Source: a virus. Taken from it: DNA of 64,000 nt. Position 1 is the stretch's first letter. Each line of letters begins with the position of its first letter. The notes under the pieces were generated by a model. The model was not told the DNA's origin. It searched no databases and saw only the letters and a list, made by a program, of their open reading frames with translations. Position numbers and translations under genes: made by a program. This document shows positions 56,101 through 64,000 of the stretch, one piece after another. The DNA lies in the IMG/VR virus record IMGVR_UViG_3300033153_016035, positions 1 through 64,000 of that record. One strand, 5' to 3'.

Positions 56101-58765
56101 CTTCCTCGTCACCTTCCTCCGGTTCCTCAGCCTTTGGTTCCGTCCCCTGTGCGACTTGTGTAGAAAGATCCCCCAGAGCTTTGGCTACTATTTGACGTAC
56201 CTGATCTTTGCCTATGGCGGTACCATCGGGTAACTGAATGTCCCCGGTTCCGCCTTCCTCTCCAGTCACTTTTTTGTTTGTGGGAGGAACCATTTCCGTG
56301 GGTTTATCTGGGGTGGTATCATCATCTTCCTCTGTAGCTGGTGTCATATCAGTATCCCCCTCCTCTTCTTCTTCCTCATTGAGTACCTGGTCCAACAACC
56401 ACCCCGGATGGTTCTGATTTAAACTTTCAAGTTTGGCCAAAGCTTCCTCACTGTAGAGTAGTGGATATTCCTTTTCCATATCACCCATCATTTCTTGAGC
56501 CGCCTTACCGTCTAAAGTAAGGAGTTCTGTATCATTCACTTGATAATACTTTACAAGCTGTTTTGCCTGGACCCCAGTCCGTCTAGGACTTGTGAATACA
56601 AGACGACGTATGCCCCAAATATCCTTTTCTTTGTCATTTAAAACTATCTCCATACGCCAACCAATTTCGATCTCCTCCTCTTCCCCTGGTACCAGCGTCA
56701 GAGCCTCCAAAGAAGGCGGCTTTTCCTGTGGTCCAAGATAAAAAGAGTAAACCTGTTTTTTATATTCGTGGCCTTTTTTATCGCGAAGTTTTCGTTCAAC
56801 AACAAAATTAGCTTCTAGCTGCACCACATTTGGGCTACTCTTTATACGTTGAGCCTTAAACAACTTAAGTATGCCGTCACGAATCCACCTACCGGCCCCC
56901 CTTATGGAACTTTTGGCCTTCGCAAGCCAATCCGATAGATCTTTAACAGTGGGTCGGGCCTCTAAAATGGCTGGGAGGATTTGGTGTAGCTCCCGACCTT
57001 CCGCCATTTTCATTTTTGGAAACCCGTCGACCGGAGACGGGAGTGATGCACTAAATAGCTCGGCTTCGGGTTGTGTTAACTTTAGACTAGCAAATCGCGC
57101 CGCAACCATTCGATTTTCCAGATGTCCAACATTAAACCCTTTATCAGCCGTAAGGGAGGGGGATTTTACCGGGTTGAAATCGACAAAAGAACGAGTCATA
57201 ACTCCTGTAATTTTACTATCTTTGGGGGTGGTTTGGTCAACCTCCACATCTAATAGCACTATCCAATATAAATCTTTATCTACGGGAAGAAAGTCGGCAA
57301 TATGGTCTTTGATGTAACTTGCCAAAACATGTTGGTGCGTCCAGGCAGCGAACTTATTTATAGTTTTATCGAGTGACTCAATAAAACTGTCCGTATCTAT
57401 TTTCACCCGAAAAACTGCTGCGGCTGCCGGTATAACTAAATCCGTAGGAAGGAGAGACTTCTGTGCATCGGCAATAGAACGCTTTAGTTCTTGGGCATCG
57501 AAGGTAGTAAATATACCAAAAGCCTTACTCCCCCTAATAATTGAAGGTAATGTATTACTCACCCTATACACTTGTCTAATAAGGGAGGGCCCCTCAGCAC
57601 TTTTTATCGCCCCCGGAAAGTCATCGTAACCCTTTTCCCACTCTGAAAAATCGAAATTTTTCTTATCCTGCTGGAGCTTTCTTGCTTTATCCTTTGTCAT
57701 ACCATATGTTGAAAATATGGTTTGAAGGGCCCGGTCGCTTTGACCCTGAAAATGTTCGGCCCAAATAATGGTAGAATCTACAAATTTGGTTAGTTCCACA
57801 ACCGCTGCTGTCTTACAAGCATCTTCTATTGCGGCATAGTTTTTACCTAGAAAACCAAAAAACCATTCAAGTGCCATTAGACTAGGTTTTAATTTCCCGA
57901 CAGCTCTAAGCTTTTGCAGTGTTGTCTTAGCCTTTTCACGCACACCTTCTGTGGAACGAACTTTCTCCGCTTCAATTGCCTTAATTTTATCTTGCACCTC
58001 CGTCCCCATTGCATCTCTCTGGCGCGTCAGCTCTTGTATACGGATATCCAGGTCTCGTTGATCTTGCGCTACTGAGGACAGTACATCATCTTTACGTATC
58101 TGTATATCACGGATCGTACGTTCCAAATCAAGTCGGAAGTCCCGCCGCAAAACAGCAAAGGTGTCCTTAACCGACCCATATCGAAGTAATCCTAAAAACT
58201 CTTTCTGGTTTGCTTCCAGCTCTGACTTTGCCTTTGACAATTCCCCACTGGAATAACGCCTTGCCTCTTCTAAGACTTCTAGGGCTTCTATTGCTTCTTT
58301 ATCTTCCAGCACATGCACCGGGGTTTCGACAAGATCCCAAAGTAGTGCATCGGCCTCACTGGCAGTAACTTTACCCTCTTTTAAAGCTTTGGCATAACCG
58401 GCTCGGGAGTACATGTACCGGATGTGGTTTTGCAATTCCTCTGGCTTATATGTTTCACAGAGCTGATGGAGCTGAAATTTAGACACGCCGAGATTAGAGA
58501 TTAAAGGAAGATCCGTATCGAGCCCTTCAGCTTCTATTACCTTATTTAAATCAAATGGATGAGAACACCCCACCAGAGCCCTAATAACACTTCGGCTCCG
58601 TTTTGAAGACTTTTTAAAGGCGCGGCCAAGGCCAGCATCTGCCTTATTCAGGGTTCGACAAAAGACTGCTTCATCTAGCAAGACCCTTTCATCGACTGAT
58701 TGGTTTGAGGCACTAAGAGCGCAATAAATCTGTCCGGTTAGGTGCCAGAGGTCTGTATTTCCCAT
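53105..58765 (-). CDS. Giant (1886 aa) putative internal head/core protein
   Basis: Alternating acidic Pro/Glu low-complexity, basic and coiled-coil blocks, many hydrophobic-x-E sites, upstream of protease/MCP. Confidence 0.7.
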   Translation of the reverse strand: MGNTDLWHLTGQIYCALSASNQSVDERVLLDEAVFCRTLNKADAGLGRAFKKSSKRSRSVIRALVGCSHPFDLNKVIEAEGLDTDLPLISNLGVSKFQLHQLCETYKPEELQNHIRYMYSRAGYAKALKEGKVTASEADALLWDLVETPVHVLEDKEAIEALEVLEEARRYSSGELSKAKSELEANQKEFLGLLRYGSVKDTFAVLRRDFRLDLERTIRDIQIRKDDVLSSVAQDQRDLDIRIQELTRQRDAMGTEVQDKIKAIEAEKVRSTEGVREKAKTTLQKLRAVGKLKPSLMALEWFFGFLGKNYAAIEDACKTAAVVELTKFVDSTIIWAEHFQGQSDRALQTIFSTYGMTKDKARKLQQDKKNFDFSEWEKGYDDFPGAIKSAEGPSLIRQVYRVSNTLPSIIRGSKAFGIFTTFDAQELKRSIADAQKSLLPTDLVIPAAAAVFRVKIDTDSFIESLDKTINKFAAWTHQHVLASYIKDHIADFLPVDKDLYWIVLLDVEVDQTTPKDSKITGVMTRSFVDFNPVKSPSLTADKGFNVGHLENRMVAARFASLKLTQPEAELFSASLPSPVDGFPKMKMAEGRELHQILPAILEARPTVKDLSDWLAKAKSSIRGAGRWIRDGILKLFKAQRIKSSPNVVQLEANFVVERKLRDKKGHEYKKQVYSFYLGPQEKPPSLEALTLVPGEEEEIEIGWRMEIVLNDKEKDIWGIRRLVFTSPRRTGVQAKQLVKYYQVNDTELLTLDGKAAQEMMGDMEKEYPLLYSEEALAKLESLNQNHPGWLLDQVLNEEEEEEGDTDMTPATEEDDDTTPDKPTEMVPPTNKKVTGEEGGTGDIQLPDGTAIGKDQVRQIVAKALGDLSTQVAQGTEPKAEEPEEGDEEEPEEPAAPTEPEKPEEEKPEEEKPEEPEKKPEEEEEEEDETVVPEEEDEEEKKKKNESIAIIERKMPASYAKKKFKTKKEEAQWLYDWADRAVSGSTDSDQLGRRLSNAMSITKHNMKVTKKPKEQAEEYYYGQAVNKIKRVIGKMDTLMRRKSESLDTEDESYLYEVTDYRKAKKELRKKMTLDREDLDTWRQRMELDISAKKRREIAVNQDPVAVAKVEKRYEKEFKRVNQKMDRKWDQLENTYKKNLRRLRQTHGIHVVEAHQKILAASKLKRFMGLRKSIHLFECELPFADIKLSESATGTLQLIAQRLPVRKSNLLCTIKTVTRAPLHPFVETLVDNTLVIRHLAFSNLREALGEAMRMPASFAYHPSDIGFAVAQLNNISPAGTYLLEAEEEGEAEMMAEIEPEPDEIAEPAPEPAVSADDEDDEEGAAGGMVFVPDGEPDVQEDIDEIPEGPPVTIAPEPGPAATDTMMGTNAVLAAEKIVAAGDEELDPIATEPEVEIVKQELISDEEATRALVSGEEEIAIDRARELVPGASDDAIGQAVIDVQTANVEPHPAPEKVASVVVPKEEIIPDVVVPDDSEMEMEYEPEMAPVPVPEPEPSITIPMAPPIPAVEVNSGVPEEEEDEAYEGYLASKRGGVCEVVTPNGVKKFSANRVRLLPKRSDLNSCLLEMRRGGPMKAIARRRLYSRAGAVPMTSIPSTAINEKSDYLLVYLTRENDPNMFSLLETYGAYASDNVAVFPLHRLSSREKKQLVAICEHYQGFMVGTRTAIRKNPTAFLFEELEVPQGDEANEVALVFEDGMALLQAARKALVDFEGLSGKIISLMQMNADGSGKKTAKSLEKLSEEISDVYNEMKEVMAQYSEAHDVFKKEFPDASAAEAKAKEEEQAPAPPVEPVVEPETPVEPEKKVEPEEPVEPEKAAEPPTEEPAEPEKEEKKTESIAGDILRKYDIKTLIESHNLAKLGRIVLTEQRGLTTREVDEVIDIIIKSTK

Positions 58766-58768
58766 GTC

Positions 58769-59884
58769 TTATCCTTTGCCTACTGAGGTTATTACCTGAT
58801 CTACACTAATATTTTTTACAATGTTACCTATAGGTTCCGCCGCCGCTTGTGCTATTACCCCATCTTTGCCCATTGCCGGGGCTGTATCATCCGAAACCGG
58901 GGCTCCTACTACTTGCGCGGCTATGCCGGTAACTCTTGATATTTGAACCACCCACCAGGGTGAATCTTTTCCATCTGGTTTACTCGCCAGTAGCGCCTGA
59001 GGGTATGCTTGTTTTACCATCGTCATAATAACATCCATCTCATCTTGTTCTACACAAGGGTCGAAACAAAGATAAATGATATTATCGTCCAAGATGATAT
59101 CCTGTAAGGCGTCGAGAGCATCCATTATCACTAATTTCTGCACAATACCATCAACAATCTCGTCGGTGGTCTCCAGAAAGGGATTGACTTCTTCCACTAA
59201 AGACACGGCGCGCATAGAAGATGGTAGGTGAAGAAGTATCTTAGTAGCAGTTTCTGTGATAACCCCCTCTTGAACGGCCACAACATCCGGTTTAACAACC
59301 TTACTTACCGGGGACGGGTCAACTATCTCCGGTTTTGGAAACCCTGACAGGACCAAACGTCTGCCGGTGAACCTGAAAATTGCACCACAATTTTTTTCCT
59401 GATAGTAACAAGAGATGGAGGCCGGGTAATCCAACTTAACCTTTACTTCCAGAGCCTCAAGGGGGCACGGTGCCTGAAAGTATTCTTTAACAACCCCGGC
59501 AAAAGCACCGGCAAATCGTGCTAGAAGGCCAGGGCCGGGTACAGTAAAAAGGCGTTGAAGATGGCTTGAGAATTCTTGATAGAAGGTTACCTGCAACTTT
59601 TTAAGGGCTCCTACGAAATAACCCAATTGCTTTTCTACGTTCCGCACGGGCCCTTTTAACACTTTATTTAATCTCTGATACTGCCTAAAGGGTGCATCGT
59701 CAGCTACAGAAATTGTCTTACCCGCCCCCTTTGGGGTGGTGACCACCACATTTAATGCAATAGCATCCTCCTGCGCACTGGAAGACAGTCCCGGGACAGA
59801 AAGATCAACACGGTGATTTTCCCGTTGGAGTAACTCGTAATTCTTATTTGCTTCCGCAAAGACAAAGAAGATATCCATATACAT
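58769..59884 (-). CDS. Hypothetical protein (head cluster)
   Basis: 371-aa ORF abutting both neighbours. Confidence 0.75.
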   Translation of the reverse strand: MYMDIFFVFAEANKNYELLQRENHRVDLSVPGLSSSAQEDAIALNVVVTTPKGAGKTISVADDAPFRQYQRLNKVLKGPVRNVEKQLGYFVGALKKLQVTFYQEFSSHLQRLFTVPGPGLLARFAGAFAGVVKEYFQAPCPLEALEVKVKLDYPASISCYYQEKNCGAIFRFTGRRLVLSGFPKPEIVDPSPVSKVVKPDVVAVQEGVITETATKILLHLPSSMRAVSLVEEVNPFLETTDEIVDGIVQKLVIMDALDALQDIILDDNIIYLCFDPCVEQDEMDVIMTMVKQAYPQALLASKPDGKDSPWWVVQISRVTGIAAQVVGAPVSDDTAPAMGKDGVIAQAAAEPIGNIVKNISVDQVITSVGKG

Positions 59885-59885
59885 C

Positions 59886-62800
59886 CTATAGTTTCTGGTA
59901 AAGGGACATAACTTTACTCAAACCCACATCGGTGTCCACTGCTTCACGCAAGTTTTTTAAAGAAGCATACAAGGTGTCGACGTCAACTAAAACATCTCCA
60001 GAGTAGTCTTTAGTTGTTACAACGACACGCCACATGGGAAGTACGCCTTCAGCTTTATAGTCTTTCTCGCCCATATAATCCGCTATAATGTAAACGTCTC
60101 CTGGACGCATTGGTATTTTTTTTGCTTTACTGCGCCCCAGCATCGGAACCCTTCCAACTACTCGGTCTTTAAGAACAAATCTACTTATAAACTTATTTTT
60201 CTCTTTGATACCCATTACCCGCTTCTGGGCTTCCTTTTGGGGCAGCTCTAAAAATGTTGGGGAGTGTGTTATTGCGGTAAAGACCTCAGACAAGAATGCG
60301 TAAGCTTCGCCGGGGAAGTCCGAACCTTCTAATGTAACAATGTCTTCGGGTAAAGGGTCTTTTGACAATTTTCCGCCAAAACTTTCCTTTTTGGAAAGCG
60401 CGTGTATGACAACCCGATCGCCCGAGGTAAGGAGGCTACCTTTAAACCGGGACTTCATACACATAATAGGAGCTTTGCCCAGCACAAAAGGCTCATCTAC
60501 CCAACTTAGAACAAACTTATAGGGGTCTTTCATATTGTAAATAATTGAGTTTTTGGTTAGGTACCGCCATAGGTTGCTAAAGAAGCTAGAGATGTGTTCC
60601 TTCAATCCAGCTAATATAGACTTTCTGGAACTTTCAGTTTTAGCCACCGCCGCCTGGGATTTATTTTCTATAAAAATTGTTTCTTTCCCGGATTCTCGGT
60701 AATTTTTAATCCACACCAAAGAGCCTCGCAAACCCGCTGGGATTTTACTAACAGCCCAACCTAATTTTTTAATGGAGTAGACAGTCATACCCACAGAGAG
60801 CACCAACGGCATAAAAAATCCGATAGTGCCTTCCCCCAAGAAATCGAGGAAATCCGGGTATTTGAACATAATTATAATTAGTCCGTATTCCCTGGAGGAA
60901 AAAACGCCGTGGATGGGGTGTCCTGTCTTATCTGCTTGAAGCGCAAAATTTCTCCAGTAGTCTTCCGCAAATTGACGTTCTATGGGTTCTGCTTCTTCAT
61001 ATACCTGTGCCAATTTTTCTTGTAGCTCTTTAGGAACCTTTTCATTTAGAGCTATAGAACCCCGCAACTCCTCCAATAAAAGGATGATTGTATCAAGATC
61101 TAATTTAAAAAATCGAGAGTAGGTCCAATTCCAGAACTCCCAATCCTTGGAAGTTCTAACTATGTGTGTTTTCGTACCCATTTCTGTTTTAACTACACGG
61201 CGGACTTCTACTTCCCTGTAAGCCTCCCCCTTCCACAACCACAGCCCCGGTCTATGCTTTACATTACCAGTGGCATCAAAGAGGCGGTTGAAGTCGGCAT
61301 AGGCGTGACGAATAAACTTTGTCAATTTCCGTGCGTTTTTCGCAAGGTTCGCGCTATCTCTTCCCAAAATAAAATCTTCAGTTTCCTGGTAAACTAGAAA
61401 CTTACGAAGGAAGATTTCGTCTTCATGCGTTAGCCCGCCAAAGACTGCAAACCGGTTACGCCACCACCTAAGAACCACATTCCCAATACTAAAGATGACG
61501 CCCACTTTTGCCATTAAAATACTCCACCCCCACAGTGATAAACCCAAAAAAGCCTCGTCCAGGGGTTCGTCTATCATGACAGTCTTGCCAGTGTCCGGAC
61601 CCGAAAGTACTAAAAGCTCCTGCTTTCCGCCCTCTTCGTTATAATTGGCTTGAGTTCCTGCGGGGATTTCTACCACTTCCCCTTCTGGGCCAAAGCCCCG
61701 GATGGTTTTTGGGGTAGTTATTTTACCGGGCCCACCGGCAGTAATATCACCCTCTTTAAGACGTTCAAGCTCTCGTTGCTCCCGCGCTGTCAGATCAGTT
61801 TTAACTTTGTCTATCTGCTGTTTAATTCTTTCCTTAGCGGCTTCCATTCCTTCTTTACTGGTCGTAGTAAGCTGAGCCCTTTGACGCTTTAATGCCTCCA
61901 GACGGCTCTTCCTCAATTCGACGTACCGTTGTTTAATAGCCATCGCCTTCTTAGCTGCGGCGTCATCTGCTTCCAGGAGAACCATTGTATCGGTATAATT
62001 TACTATGCTGTGTGCTTTTATCTTCTCAGATAAAAATAGTTCTTCGTGAAGCTGTACGGCGTTTCGGACATCATTATAAACTCGTATTATTATTCCCGGA
62101 TGACAACTCTTCTTTACTACCCGACCCGCCACACGCACTAAACCCTCAACCTGCTCTTCTGTCAAAAGCATGTCAAAGGCACTAATCACAATTTCCTCTA
62201 TCCGCCTACCTGCGCGAATATAAAGTCCGCCTTCCGGCTCCATCTGGGTACTTTTCGGTAGCACCTCCCCCACAAAAATATTTTCATCGAGTCCGCCTTG
62301 GATACGAAAGTATCGTACAGTACCACTAGGATAAGGGGTACCGTTAGAAAACATCCGCAGGGCTGCTTCTTCAGGTCTAATGTGGCGAATGGCGCTGTAG
62401 CCCTCATCGTTAGTCTGAAATGTCCCCACGGACCGGTGCATTCTTCCCAACTCTCTATGGAGTCGACCAGCCGTCGGATCGGTTTTATGATACCGCTGGG
62501 CCTTCACCAGGGCCGCCTTACTCTGTTTCTTTTGAAGCATGGAGCGAAAACTACGTATACGCGAAACCACTCCCCCTCGATTCTTGCGTGATAAGATTTT
62601 ATGCTGCACTTTCTTGTTGTGCTGCCGAGCTTTATTTATCCCCTTGGAGGTGAAGCGAAAACCCCCCACCACTATACGGGGATCACCCCCACGATGCCTT
62701 GGGTTTAGAACTGAACTTGGAGGCCGTTTACCGGACCACACCGTCTCTAAAAGTAAGGTGTTGCTTGCATATTCCCCCGCCTCATAGTGGTCGCAGTGAG

Positions 62801-63443
62801 GACGACTGTGTAGATAGGCTTCGACCAGAAGCTGGAACTGCCTACTTTCTGATATTGGAGATTCTATCGCCATTTCCCGTAGCCACGGAGGGGGTACCTG
62901 CACAAGTTTTTTACCCTCCCGGGCTATACGGGGAAGCTCTTCGACAACGACTCCTGGGTATACACCAATAGTTTTTGAACCCAAAGAGCCCCAGTACTGC
63001 GGCTCCTCTTCTATTTTAGTAAATGCCGCCTCTAATAAACCAAATACCTCCGGTGTGGGTTCTCGGTGCGCCGGGAAATTTAAGAACCAAAGACTCTCAT
63101 ATAGACTATCTTGTTCTACTACCCCTGCGAGGAACGGGTATGCGGATTGTCTTAGTAGGTCACGTTGCACCGCTTCACATGTCCAACTGTGCTCAGAGGT
63201 TATTATAGTCCCTTGAGACATAAAGTCTTCATATACTGCTGAGTAGGTCTCCACAACATCCGGGGCTTCTACCTCCCCTTGAAACCGAACTTGACATGAA
63301 GGACATTTAACCGGGTACCTGCCACTATATACCGGAATGGTTAGCCCACAAGAAGCGCATTTCACCTTAATTCGTCTGCTTTGGAGGACTCGTGCCATTC
63401 CTGGCGTAATTATAATCTTTTTCAAACCGTAACCCTCCCACAC
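59886..63443 (-). CDS. Large (1185 aa) putative internal head protein with N-terminal zinc ribbon
   Basis: CASCG..IP.YSGRYP..CPSC ribbon, a basic segment, a coiled coil and two hydrophobic helices. Confidence 0.7.
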   Translation of the reverse strand: MWEGYGLKKIIITPGMARVLQSRRIKVKCASCGLTIPVYSGRYPVKCPSCQVRFQGEVEAPDVVETYSAVYEDFMSQGTIITSEHSWTCEAVQRDLLRQSAYPFLAGVVEQDSLYESLWFLNFPAHREPTPEVFGLLEAAFTKIEEEPQYWGSLGSKTIGVYPGVVVEELPRIAREGKKLVQVPPPWLREMAIESPISESRQFQLLVEAYLHSRPHCDHYEAGEYASNTLLLETVWSGKRPPSSVLNPRHRGGDPRIVVGGFRFTSKGINKARQHNKKVQHKILSRKNRGGVVSRIRSFRSMLQKKQSKAALVKAQRYHKTDPTAGRLHRELGRMHRSVGTFQTNDEGYSAIRHIRPEEAALRMFSNGTPYPSGTVRYFRIQGGLDENIFVGEVLPKSTQMEPEGGLYIRAGRRIEEIVISAFDMLLTEEQVEGLVRVAGRVVKKSCHPGIIIRVYNDVRNAVQLHEELFLSEKIKAHSIVNYTDTMVLLEADDAAAKKAMAIKQRYVELRKSRLEALKRQRAQLTTTSKEGMEAAKERIKQQIDKVKTDLTAREQRELERLKEGDITAGGPGKITTPKTIRGFGPEGEVVEIPAGTQANYNEEGGKQELLVLSGPDTGKTVMIDEPLDEAFLGLSLWGWSILMAKVGVIFSIGNVVLRWWRNRFAVFGGLTHEDEIFLRKFLVYQETEDFILGRDSANLAKNARKLTKFIRHAYADFNRLFDATGNVKHRPGLWLWKGEAYREVEVRRVVKTEMGTKTHIVRTSKDWEFWNWTYSRFFKLDLDTIILLLEELRGSIALNEKVPKELQEKLAQVYEEAEPIERQFAEDYWRNFALQADKTGHPIHGVFSSREYGLIIIMFKYPDFLDFLGEGTIGFFMPLVLSVGMTVYSIKKLGWAVSKIPAGLRGSLVWIKNYRESGKETIFIENKSQAAVAKTESSRKSILAGLKEHISSFFSNLWRYLTKNSIIYNMKDPYKFVLSWVDEPFVLGKAPIMCMKSRFKGSLLTSGDRVVIHALSKKESFGGKLSKDPLPEDIVTLEGSDFPGEAYAFLSEVFTAITHSPTFLELPQKEAQKRVMGIKEKNKFISRFVLKDRVVGRVPMLGRSKAKKIPMRPGDVYIIADYMGEKDYKAEGVLPMWRVVVTTKDYSGDVLVDVDTLYASLKNLREAVDTDVGLSKVMSLYQKL

Positions 63444-63985
63444 GTCATAACTTTTGGGATATACTCGTATATGGCTTTACAGGGGGAGGCTCCGCCACAG
63501 ATGCCATGATACACGGTGATGTCTCCATTCTTTCTGAATATAAGATAATTTCCATCCTCACATAGCGCAGAAATTACATCCGTATTTTTAAAGAGAAATG
63601 GTACCTCAGACTCTCTGATGGTACTTAACTTCCTAGTTACCATAACCTCTATTGGCACAAACTCTAATATCTCCCCAACGTCTTGACATTCGTATATCAA
63701 TTTATCTGTATTAAATGTAGTATCTAGTAGCTGGTGAATTGCCTTTTGCTCCAGTACGTGTTCAAACCACGTACTGACATGCCCCAAGCGTGATTCAAAG
63801 GCCGCACTAACCGAACTACCTAAATCCACATTACAAGGAATAGCAACTACTGCACGTTGACTACCCGCTAAAACACAAGAGAAGGCGGCTCCAGAACGTA
63901 TTAGATTTTCCGTAGCTATAGCAAATCTACCCTTGTCAGGGGCTTTTTCAAATGTAAATTCTACCGTACAACTACCATTTACCAC
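63422..63985 (-). CDS. Hypothetical protein
   Basis: 187-aa ORF overlapping the next gene. The start is uncertain near the window edge. Confidence 0.55.
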   Translation of the reverse strand: MVNGSCTVEFTFEKAPDKGRFAIATENLIRSGAAFSCVLAGSQRAVVAIPCNVDLGSSVSAAFESRLGHVSTWFEHVLEQKAIHQLLDTTFNTDKLIYECQDVGEILEFVPIEVMVTRKLSTIRESEVPFLFKNTDVISALCEDGNYLIFRKNGDITVYHGICGGASPCKAIYEYIPKVMTCGRVTV

Positions 63986-64000
63986 CTCAGCGGGAAAACA

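Larger units (their letters stand above)
1..64000 (-). mobile_element. Bacteriophage genome segment (myovirus with T4-like virion genes and a PolA/DnaB/DnaG replisome)
   Basis: Portal, TerL, protease, MCP, neck, sheath, tube, tape measure and baseplate genes plus replication genes, all co-oriented. No host housekeeping block is present. Confidence 0.97.

Noticed and set aside
1-64000. Stop-codon reassignment (code 15 or 4), as seen in some large phages
   Set aside because: Code 11 gives near-complete coding density, and TAA, TAG and TGA all terminate genes right next to the following start.

Overview
The whole window is a segment of a large tailed bacteriophage (myovirus) genome. About 50 tightly packed genes all lie on the minus strand, in standard code 11, and many have GGAG/AGGAG Shine-Dalgarno sites. 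In transcription order (right to left) it encodes: large putative head-core proteins; a T4 gp21-like prohead protease with a scaffold-like tail; a gp23-like major capsid protein; gp13/gp14-like neck proteins; a collar-fibre module; tail terminator, sheath, tube, chaperone and tape measure; a complete baseplate; tail fibres; a lipoprotein pair; a family-4 UDG; a structured non-coding region (candidate origin); a bacterial-type replisome (putative initiator, DnaC, DnaB, DnaG, SSB, PolA, SF2 helicase, RecA, resolvase); then TerS, TerL, portal and a truncated HU-like ORF. The most notable observations are: (i) one ~70-80 aa 'PGS..DDG.G..Y.TG' module inserted into capsid, sheath, baseplate and head-region proteins; (ii) nested self-insertions in the sheath and the wedge protein; (iii) giant head proteins that look like protease-cleaved polyproteins releasing hydrophobic fragments; (iv) a candidate +1 frameshift at UUU_CGU in the tail chaperone; (v) Cys-rich inserts in PolA and RecA. 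All family calls come from motifs recognised by eye, not from database searches. No tRNA, CRISPR array, integrase or endolysin was recognised.
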